DNA of 62,953 nt, filler included, from Aduncisulcus paluster (lineage: Eukaryota): the NCBI GenBank assembly GCA_024181965.1. It is 7 parts of 7 records of this genome, joined end to end, with 100 filler letters (N's around TTAATTAATTAA, not from the genome) between each part and the next. Parts side by side here need not be neighbours in the genome. Positions count along the whole stretch, not along the records: positions 51,197 to 62,953 come from BQXS01012507.1; 6 more parts are not named here. One strand, written 5' to 3'. The notes beneath the pieces were generated by a model that was given only the letters and a program-made list of their open reading frames with translations, did no database searches and was not told the origin of the DNA. The translations under genes and the position numbers were made by a program. Shown here in pieces: positions 53,973 through 62,953 of this stretch. Positions within the stretch are counted from its first letter, which is position 1. Every line of letters starts with the position of its first letter.

Positions 53973-56612
53973 TTGCCGAATAATCATGACAGAGATTTCT
54001 CTATATATCTTGGTTCTCGTAATAGAGGACAAATGATTGAGGTTCGTGTTGAAGGAGGAGAAGAAGTACGACCCAAACCTCTTCCACTTCCTGTAGCTGG
54101 TGTTGTGACAAGAATATGTGTTGGTTCCTCAGAAGATCTCCTCTGTTGTTGGATCGATGCCACAAAAACAGTATATGGCGAATACGATGGTCCCCTTGGA
54201 GTCGCTGGAGAACCTACTCCATTGGAAGTAGATGTGGATGATCTTGATGCAAGGGAAGATGAAGGTGAATTGGGAGTTAAATCGAAGAAAAAAAGAGAAG
54301 GAGAAAGAGAAGGAGAAGAAGGATTTAAGTGTGGACACAATCGATCAAATAGTTAACAATGGCTATTTGTNNNNNNNNNNNNNNNNNNNNGGACAAATGA
54401 TTGAGGTTCGTGTTGAAGGAGGAGAAGAAGTACGACCCAAACCTCTTCCACTTCCTGTAGCTGGTGTTGTGACAAGAATATGTGTTGGTTCCTCAGAAGA
54501 TCTCCTCTGTTGTTGGGTCGATGCCACAAAAACAGTATATGGCGAATACGATGGTCCCCTTGGAGTCGCTGGAGAACCTACTCCATTGGAAGTAGATGTG
54601 GATGATCTTGATGCAAGGGAAGATGAAGGTGAATTGGGAGTTAAATCGAAGAAAAAAAGAGAAGGAGAAAGAGAAGGAGAAGAAGGATTTAAGTGTGGAC
54701 ACAATCGATCAAATAGTTAACAATGGCTATTTGTTTGTTTTCAGACCAGAGGATTATAAACAACTTGCTTTGATCCATTTCCCCGATACGGTCACTCCTC
54801 TTGACATGAAATGGTGTGGTGATGATGCTATTGTGGCTCATTGGGCTGCAAAGACTATTATCATTGGTCCAGATGGTTCCACAGCGCCTCTTCACGTGGA
54901 CGATGATGCTTCATTACACACGGAGATTGATGGGTGCAGACTTATCGGCGGACACACAAGCCAATTTGTATGGAGAGTGCCTGATGTGGTTGCTCTATCT
55001 TTCGCTGTAGCCGGTACTTCTCCCGCCGCTGTTCTTCTCGAGGCTCACAGACGATTTGAAGAACAAGATCCTGTAGCCGATGAGCTTAGAAGGGAGTTAC
55101 AACAGAAAGGATCACTGCGTGAAGGTGTTCTGGGCCTAATCCGTACTGCTTCCTGCGAGACAGATCAGCACAAGCAAGATGAGCTGATAAAAGCTGCATC
55201 GTATGGTCAGGTTTACTTGAACAGTGAGGAAATTAGTTATGCTGCCACGTTAAACTATGATACTCGACGTCAACTGCATGTGATCAACTCTCTGCAATCT
55301 TTTGACATTGGTATACCCATCACAGTTGCTCAATTCAGAGATCTTGGTGCTCCAAGACTTATATCTATGCTTATTCATCGTGATCTATATTTCCATGCAT
55401 TTAGAGTGGCTAAATTGTTTCCATGTAAACCCGTCAAAGATAGCTGAAGCCTGGTCAATCTGTGTGATTGAGAAATCAGACCATGAAGAGACAGATATTG
55501 GTATTTATAAGAAATTAGAGCCAGTCATGAGGAAAATGGCTGATTGTTACCCATATGTGGGAGTTGCTCGTTTTGCTGCAGACCTTGCACAACCCAGACG
55601 TGAAGATCTTGCATTATAACTGTTGAAACACGAACACAAGATGACTGCTCAGGTCGATTTACTTCTAAGAACCGACCAGTACGGTGAAGCCCTTAACCAG
55701 TCTGTTCAATCATTGGATACTGATCTATTAAGCTCTGTAATGAAACGGTTTACTGACAAACATGTTACTCTTCAGGACATGGCCTCTCATCATGAGATAC
55801 ATGAGTCACGTGTCTTCCCATGGGATGTTTCTCTTGCTTGTATGAATGTCTCTCTGATTGAAGACCCTACTCTGTGTAGAGATTTATGTGATAGAGTGGA
55901 TGGTTTGGGAGCTATCTATGGTGGTGCAGGTGATATTGATGGGATGGGACCAATTATTAGTCATGTTGCTTTCTTCATTTCGCTAACAAAATAGCCACTC
56001 AAGCGGCTACAAAGCTAGCCTACAATGAAGAATCAATAATGGAGATACTTACATGTCTCGATTAGGAAGAGTGATCAAGAGCGAAGATAGAGTTGTGAGT
56101 ACTTTAGCCCAATACCAGGCCATTCTCGTGGAGACACAACATAAGTATGAAGCTACAATTGGCAAACCTCTTGTAGGTCTTATACGACACTTTGTTCGCT
56201 CTTGACAGGAGGTCAGTTGAAACCAGCTGACAGACCATAAAACAAACAGATACATTTTAATGATACTGCGTGGAAACATATTCAGATTAAATCATTTGTG
56301 AGTCGAGCTGATTGGGCTGGGTTGAAGAAACATTACGGTGCTTGCAGATCCAAAATTGGACCTTTACCGTTCTTCAAGGCCTGTTTTGAGGCCAGTGCAT
56401 TGAAAGAAGCGAGAGGTTATGCCGTAGTTATTCCTGATCCAATTGAGAAACTAAGCGCTCTTTTACAGCTCCAAGAGTTCCACAAAACTACTCTTGAAGT
56501 TGCTTTTCAGGTAAGAGATCCCGAAAGATTGTTGCAACTCCAAGCAGAGACGAGGAATTCTGTTGCAATTAACCTTTTACAACAAGTATATGATAAAATG
56601 CAGCAAAAGTAA
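53973..56612 (+). pseudogene. VPS16: VPS16 (HOPS/CORVET subunit), 5'-incomplete and multiply disrupted
   Basis: MKWCGDDAIV, TEIDGCRLI, TSPAAVLLEA, LIKAASYG, IGIPITVAQF, QVDLLL...DTDL, ADWAGL...SKIGPLPFFKAC. Lesions: A7 at 54288/54652, about 55420, TAA 55617, several in 55970-56240. Confidence 0.85.
54371..54734. other. N20 gap followed by a duplicate of 54027-54370 (one A/G difference)
   Basis: 344 nt repeated; A54153 vs G54517. Confidence 0.9.
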
Positions 56613-56628
56613 GTGCAGCAAAAGTAAG
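56599..56628. repeat. 15-bp tandem duplication TGCAGCAAAAGTAAG spanning the VPS16 stop codon
   Basis: Seen directly. Confidence 0.9.
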
Positions 56629-57361
56629 AATTTGTTTGAAAAGTAGTACATTACGTTGTTGTATCAGTGTGTCTCAGTCCTTTACTCTGTAAGTCTTCGT
56701 GTTTACTTTAAGTCTTAGTGCTATTTATTACATTATGTACTACATAATTATTAGTAATAATGCATTAGTAAATTTGCTCCACCACAATGCCAACAAATTG
56801 TTGGCAACAATTATTAAAATGAAGTTGAGATATTCTTATTATTCACAGTCGACCAACAGATGTATGTTGCAACAGACATTTCATGGCTTGAATGGATAAT
56901 AATAATGCAACGTTGCCAGCATCACAGATAATAATCTCAGATAGATCGGATAGATCAGAAGTAAGCCTTACTTTGATAGTCTTTGGGACTGTGGCAAAGA
57001 TTAGAAAGAAGAGAAATAAAATTTATCATTGCATTCATTATAACATTACAAATTGTTGGTCAATATAATTGGCAATAAATATTGGACAAATATTGATAGA
57101 ACGGCTCGGACCGCATCGTGGTCTCACCAAAAAGGAGAAATGAATCAATAATAGTCTTATCAAGTCTATCATGGCCGAATTTGACTTTTTAAATATTGTA
57201 CAAACTTATGAATAATGATTTTAGTTATTAACTACTGAAATAAATCGAATCTCAAAGAAGCCATGTTTGCACTGCATATTGGCAATAGCCTCAAAGTAGA
57301 CGGGGGTAAAATAAACTCGTAGAAGATAAAAAGAATTAATTTATCCCATTGAATCTCCAAG

Positions 57362-57588
57362 NNNNNNNNNNNNNNNNNNNNTCTTATCAAGTCTATCATG
57401 GCCGAATTTGACTTTTTAAATATTGTACAAACTTATGAATAATGATTTTAGTTATTAACTACTGAAATAAATCGAATCTCAAAGAAGCCATGTTTGCACT
57501 GCATATTGGCAATAGCCTCAAAGTAGACGGGGGTAAAATAAACTCGTAGAAGATAAAAAGAATTAATTTATCCCATTGAATCTCCAAG
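57362..57588. other. N20 gap followed by an artefactual duplicate of 57155-57361
   Basis: 207 nt repeated across the gap. Confidence 0.9.
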
Positions 57589-58134
57589 GATAAGTCATGA
57601 AGCAATCCAGATGGCGACTTTTCGATATTTTGATGTCAACAAGGGATAATTCCAATACTATCCAAAATTTTATATCATACTGTTCCAAATATTGTGGTTT
57701 TAAACGACGAGCACATGAACCTCGCAAGATCGTGCGCCATAGAATTTCTGGAACTGGGATTGGAAAGCCTACAACATAAAATAAAATAAAAATGCCCAAA
57801 CAAATCAAAAGAATTAAAATATTGTGAAAAAATAATAGAAAAATGAAATATCCTTTGCATTGTCCAGACCTCATGACTCAAGGTTGATTTTCGTTACAAC
57901 CACGAGAGAATAATTTGTGTTTGACTCGGTATCAGTATGTTTCCCCAATTCATGAAAATATTACTTGTTTCCCTCTGGTCTTTTTTATTTATCTCTTTGT
58001 TATCCTCACCATCTTTCTATTGCATTCCTAGTCTGGTCAATCGCATCTTTATCATTTATTCGTTTGTAATTTATACACTTTAAGACCATTTCTATCTTCC
58101 ATTGGTTGGTTGGTTGCTTATTTCGTTTTCTACA

Positions 58135-61100
58135 ATGGGTAAAGACAAATCTACTTCTAAAGCTTCAAAGGGTTCAAAGGGTTCAAAGTCTGGGCACAAA
58201 CGAAAACGTGACGATAAGACTCTTACCTCTGCGTCAGCTCTAAGGTGCATGTGTTTCTGTGGCAAAGGTGGGTTTGGCACTGTTTACATTGTGAGTATTG
58301 ACGGTGTTTCACAACCATGTGTTCTGAAGAAACTTCTTAAAGTCGGTGACAAGGACGTTATCAAAGCGTGTCGCAAGGAGTTCAAGATCCAATTGAAGTT
58401 GTTCACCAAATGTTTCAACCGTATCCCTCGCCCCATCTACATGCTTGACCTTCTTGACGAGGACTACAAAGGTGTGTATGGGTTTTGCATGGAGTTTTGT
58501 ATTGGAGGCAGTGTGAAAGACTTTTCCAGGAGTTGGTGTGTTGGAGGCAAGTATGGAGGTGGATGTTCAAGCTCCTCAGCTGAATCTGAAGACTCAAGCT
58601 CTGACTCTGACTCTGACTCCGATTCAACATCTGATTATGACTCCGATTCAAGCTCTGACTCTGACTCTGACTCAAATTCCACTCGCATTAACCCCATGAC
58701 CCTTGATCCTCTGAGAGTGAGTGCATTGTGTGTTGGAATGATTGAATGTCTTTCCGAAGTGTTCAAAGCCAAACCCGACCTTATTCACCGAGACATTAAG
58801 CCTGACAACTTCCTTGTTCGTGTTGAATCGGATTCTATGAAATTCACCATTGTTCTCTCTGATCTGGGTCTAGCTCAGATCCAAGACTCAATCTCCTCTT
58901 CCACGACTTCCAAGAGCTTTGTTGATTTATCCAAGTCTGAAGGTACTGAAGCTAAACACAAATCCAAACCCAAACGCTCAATCTGTGGAACACTTGTGTA
59001 CAACTCTTGTGAAGCTCTTGAAGGAGATCAAAGTCAAGAGAGCGATGCTTACTCACTCGGTCTGACTATACTTGCCATGTTCAAGGGTCAGGATCCTTTT
59101 CTTCAGCACCCTGTGTTACAATGGATTGATTCTCGTGCAGAATACGTTAAAGAGCTTAGTGATCTCATTTCAAAAGGAATGGGTCCAAAAATCTCCAAAT
59201 CCCGTCTATTCAAAACCTTAAAAACCATTAAAGGTGGTAAGTTCAAGTTTGTTTATTCCTGTTTGAATGAAATATTCGAAGGATTGACAAGGGTTGATAT
59301 CGATGAACGTATGAGTGTTCATGAAGCCTGTGAGAAAGTTCAATCCATCAAACCTCTTCTTCCAAAGATTGGAGAAGGGTGGAAATGTCCATCCATTGAT
59401 GATATTGTGAAGGCTCAGCTTGCCAAGCATAAAGGTGATTCTGGATGCATTGTTGGTAAAGAGGCTTCAACCAAAGATGAAACTGATAATAGCTCAACAA
59501 GCAAAGATGAAAGTCAATACTCCGAAGAACATAGTTCGGTTCAAAGTGTTGTTCTTCCAAAAGGATGGGGTGATGGTTTGAGTCGAACAAAATCCGTCTC
59601 AAGTGCAGTAAGTTCGAGTGCTTCAAAAGATGTCCAAGTAGTAGTTCCCAAATCACCTCAAACCATGGAATCATTTTCGATTCTTGAGCTCCAAGCATTA
59701 GTCCGAGCTATTCAAAACACTTCACAACAATCATCTGTCACATCCCTTTTCAAATCGTCTTCTCCTCGACTAAAGAATACTTTTGATGAGTGGAATAGAA
59801 ATATGGCTTTTTTGAAACCTCTTAGAAGTACATCATCCGCCTTTGAGTCTGAACGAGTTCGATTCACACTTTGCTTCGAGTGCTTGTCCCTTTTTGTCTA
59901 CCGTGAATATATCCATTCCTCTGGTTCTGATGATTCTGGAGCTGATGATTCTGGAGCTGATGATTCCGAGTCTGACGATCATAATGATACAACCACATTG
60001 ACCATTGATGAATCTTCTCTTGAGGAATTAATTGAGACATTTTTGACACCAATGATCCGAGTTGAAGCTGAATTATGCAAGATTGAAGCTGATAAAGGGT
60101 TAGGTGAATCATATGGCAAGAATACAATTACAAAATCATTGATTAGAATTGTGTCAATTGCTGAACAGAATGTCAAATCTATGAAAACTAAATTGATCCC
60201 TCAAATATCTTCTGTTTTGATGAGAGTTATTGATCGACTTGATTTAAATGATGTAGTGGAGAAAATTATGAAATGTTCTGACGCAATATCGGCTTCTAAA
60301 CTCTATTATCATCATCGAGATGATATTCTTGCTGTCTTTCTTGCATTCCAATCAAAGAGGGAGATAAGAAAACACAAAAAAGAGTTATTTCTTTGTGTTG
60401 AATGCTTGAGATTGTTTATTTGCAATGATACCCCAGAACCAGATGATATCTATCTCCCTATTCCTGATATGAATGATCTAATTTACACTTTCATTGATCA
60501 TCTATCAAGATGTGAGGAAGTGTTGGAAGGATATATTGTCGAAGAGTTTTGTGAACTTTGTATGAATTATTGTTTCGAAGTTGAAGACAGTGATAAATTG
60601 GATTCTTTTTTTCTCAAGATTTCTGACAATTTTCAACGGATTCTTGCTAGAGGAAGTAAGAAGAAATTGGAAGGTGGTATTGCGGCGGATTTATTAATGA
60701 CTCTCAGAAACATCTCCCTCTCTCCTTCTAATTCCACTATATCCTCTATTCTCACCCTCATCAAACCATATGTCAGAGATTGGTTGAGGATATACAAAGG
60801 TAGTGGGTGTTATGGAAGATGGATGTATATTCTAGGATTTATCACCCTCTCAAGTGATGAATCCCCAAACAAATCCCTCTGTTCTGAAGCTTGGCCTCTC
60901 TTCCACCCTGTTCTTGATGTTGTTAAGAGAGAGTTTGTTGGGAATAGGATTATTGAGGATGATCATGAACATGTTTTATTATTCTTCTCCAACTTATGTT
61001 GTGATCAATCGCATGCCCTTGAAGTCTATGATAATGTTAAAGATCTGCTTGATGGGTGGTTTACAGTTGTAAAGAAGAAAGAACATAAACGGGGAATCAA

Positions 61101-62286
61101 ATACTGGTCCAATCTCATTTCCATGTTCTCCACTGTTTCATCTCTTGTTCCTTATATATCTCCCAAATATGATGCCAACATGGAATGGTGCAAGAATAAT
61201 GGAGGTTGGGATGATGATTATCCAAGATATCTTAGCAACTGTTATCCTCACCTAAAGAAATGGATTAAATTGGTTGAAAATATTGTTGAAAGTCCTGACT
61301 CAAAAATATCTTCAAAACTCTACCATGAACATCGAGATGAGATTCTTTCTGTCTTTCTTGCATTCCAATCAAAGAACAAGATTAAAAAACATAAGAAAGA
61401 AATTATTCTATGTATCCAGTGTTTACGATATTTTGTTTCTCATGATATTTCTGAAAGTGAAAATGATATCTATCTCCTTACTCCTGATCTAAATGATCTC
61501 ATTGATACTTTCATTTGTCATCTATCAAGAGTTGAGGAAGTACTGGGAGGAGTTGTTGATGATGAATTTTGTAAGATTTGTGTTAACTACACCTTTTCAA
61601 TTAAAGTTGAAGGCCGATATAATTCATTCCTTCATAAAATTTCTCCCGCTTTTCAGATTCTTCTTGAAAGAGGACGTAAGGGGAATTTGAGCACTGATGC
61701 TGCTTTAAATTTGTTAAAAACTCTCAGAAACATCTCTAATTCATCTTCTACTCGATCCTCTATTCTCACCATGACAAAACCATATATCAGAGATTGGTTC
61801 AGAATCTACAAAGATGGTGAGTGTTATGGACAATGGATGGAACTTTTATCACATCTCACCCTATCAAGCGATAACAAATCTCCCAACAAATCCCTCTGTT
61901 CTGAAGCTTGGCCTCTCTTCCACCCTGTTCTTGATATTGTTAAGAGAGAGTTTGTTGGGGATAAGATTGTTGGAGATGATCGTGAAGAATTTTTATTATT
62001 CTTCTCCAACTTATGTTGTAATGTATCACATACTGCCAAAATCTATGACCATATCAAGGATCTTCTTGATGGATGGTTTGAAATTGTGAAGGAGGAAGAA
62101 CATAAATGGGGAATTATTTATTTGACTAATCTCATCTCCAAGCTCTCCTCTGTTCCTTCCATCGTTCCACATATCTCTCCTAAATTTGATGCAAAAATGG
62201 AATGGGGGAAGAAAAATGGAGCTGATAAAATGGATTATCGAAAGTATGTTGGCAATTGTTCAAGATACTGTTCAAGTTTGAAATAA
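58135..62286 (+). CDS. Kinase/ARM-like super-repeat family, member 5, complete (kinase + bridge + 2 repeats)
   Basis: GKGGFG, VLKK, HRDIKPDN, DLG, GTLVYNSCE, SDAYSLG; repeats at 60274 and 61291 (period 1017 nt); ATG 58135. Confidence 0.93.
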   Translation: MGKDKSTSKASKGSKGSKSGHKRKRDDKTLTSASALRCMCFCGKGGFGTVYIVSIDGVSQPCVLKKLLKVGDKDVIKACRKEFKIQLKLFTKCFNRIPRPIYMLDLLDEDYKGVYGFCMEFCIGGSVKDFSRSWCVGGKYGGGCSSSSAESEDSSSDSDSDSDSTSDYDSDSSSDSDSDSNSTRINPMTLDPLRVSALCVGMIECLSEVFKAKPDLIHRDIKPDNFLVRVESDSMKFTIVLSDLGLAQIQDSISSSTTSKSFVDLSKSEGTEAKHKSKPKRSICGTLVYNSCEALEGDQSQESDAYSLGLTILAMFKGQDPFLQHPVLQWIDSRAEYVKELSDLISKGMGPKISKSRLFKTLKTIKGGKFKFVYSCLNEIFEGLTRVDIDERMSVHEACEKVQSIKPLLPKIGEGWKCPSIDDIVKAQLAKHKGDSGCIVGKEASTKDETDNSSTSKDESQYSEEHSSVQSVVLPKGWGDGLSRTKSVSSAVSSSASKDVQVVVPKSPQTMESFSILELQALVRAIQNTSQQSSVTSLFKSSSPRLKNTFDEWNRNMAFLKPLRSTSSAFESERVRFTLCFECLSLFVYREYIHSSGSDDSGADDSGADDSESDDHNDTTTLTIDESSLEELIETFLTPMIRVEAELCKIEADKGLGESYGKNTITKSLIRIVSIAEQNVKSMKTKLIPQISSVLMRVIDRLDLNDVVEKIMKCSDAISASKLYYHHRDDILAVFLAFQSKREIRKHKKELFLCVECLRLFICNDTPEPDDIYLPIPDMNDLIYTFIDHLSRCEEVLEGYIVEEFCELCMNYCFEVEDSDKLDSFFLKISDNFQRILARGSKKKLEGGIAADLLMTLRNISLSPSNSTISSILTLIKPYVRDWLRIYKGSGCYGRWMYILGFITLSSDESPNKSLCSEAWPLFHPVLDVVKREFVGNRIIEDDHEHVLLFFSNLCCDQSHALEVYDNVKDLLDGWFTVVKKKEHKRGIKYWSNLISMFSTVSSLVPYISPKYDANMEWCKNNGGWDDDYPRYLSNCYPHLKKWIKLVENIVESPDSKISSKLYHEHRDEILSVFLAFQSKNKIKKHKKEIILCIQCLRYFVSHDISESENDIYLLTPDLNDLIDTFICHLSRVEEVLGGVVDDEFCKICVNYTFSIKVEGRYNSFLHKISPAFQILLERGRKGNLSTDAALNLLKTLRNISNSSSTRSSILTMTKPYIRDWFRIYKDGECYGQWMELLSHLTLSSDNKSPNKSLCSEAWPLFHPVLDIVKREFVGDKIVGDDREEFLLFFSNLCCNVSHTAKIYDHIKDLLDGWFEIVKEEEHKWGIIYLTNLISKLSSVPSIVPHISPKFDAKMEWGKKNGADKMDYRKYVGNCSRYCSSLK

Positions 62287-62393
62287 GTTAGGTCTTGTGA
62301 GATCAAATGCTCTCAAAAGAGATATAAATAATTTATTTAAAATAAACATATCAAATGAAATAACAAATTATGACAATATATAGCTTATTTCTT

Positions 62394-62953
62394 TTAATAC
62401 AATTTGCTTGCAATGGCAGGACTTAAAGGCTTAACTCGAGTAAATTCTTTCGTCGACAAATCATCAAGTTTCAACCGCGAAAACTCGGGAGTTCCACGAG
62501 ATGTTCTATCTTGACCTTGCCTGGATGTCTTCTTGGTCTGTTGCATTGACTTTAACATTAACTCATCACTCATGCCAGCACCTCCAAATATAGTCTTCTT
62601 TCGAGCATTCACAAGACTGCCGCCATGTGCAGTTAAAATAGATCTACTCCGACTCCCTCCATCTGTCGTTCCAACTCCACTCTCTCCTCTCATCTCTTCC
62701 TCTTCTCCTTCCCATCGATGAATCATTTGTTCTGTCCGAGCAACACTATCATGATCCAAGGGACGCAAACCCCTTCGTTCAAGACTCTTACTGCTGAAAT
62801 CTCTCCCACCAAGTGTTCCTGTCTGTCCTGTGGCATCTGCAAGAGCCAGATACTCACTCTTGAGACTCTGATACTGTGCCATGGCTGTATTTGATGCAGC
62901 TTTAGTGTTACGAATGACCTTAAGTCGATCATCTAGTTCTTTTTCCTTCACCA
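62394..62953 (-). CDS. 3' part of a hypothetical protein (coiled coil plus low-complexity tail)
   Basis: Frame open to the window edge; convergent with member 5. Confidence 0.6.
   Translation of the reverse strand, partial: VKEKELDDRLKVIRNTKAASNTAMAQYQSLKSEYLALADATGQTGTLGGRDFSSKSLERRGLRPLDHDSVARTEQMIHRWEGEEEEMRGESGVGTTDGGSRSRSILTAHGGSLVNARKKTIFGGAGMSDELMLKSMQQTKKTSRQGQDRTSRGTPEFSRLKLDDLSTKEFTRVKPLSPAIASKLY

Overview
Eukaryotic (protist) nuclear DNA from a draft assembly. It consists of seven unrelated contigs or scaffolds joined by artificial N44-TTAATTAATTAA-N44 spacers, plus five N20 gaps whose flanks are duplicated overlaps. The DNA is gene-dense, intron-poor and AT-rich between genes, and it uses the standard code. 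Flagellar genes (EFHC/Rib72, CEP162-like), GTATGT introns and the kinase family suggest a free-living fornicate/Carpediemonas-like metamonad, for example Aduncisulcus. This is an inference and has not been checked. Recognisable housekeeping genes: PP2A B56, myotubularin, RPL21, importin-5-like, a WD40 protein, EFHC/Rib72, VID27, ABCA and VPS16. The most striking feature is a modular family with five members on five different contigs. It consists of a divergent Ser/Thr kinase (DLG, GTLVYNSxE) fused to ~337-aa ARM/HEAT-like super-repeats. Members differ in module content, show patchwork sequence identity, and vary mainly on one helix per sub-repeat, as expected of a diversifying recognition-receptor family. 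The window also holds several disrupted genes, a decayed CACTA/CMC-like transposase next to G-quadruplex and inverted-repeat motifs, and some small structured GC islands. No rRNA, tRNA or CRISPR array was found.
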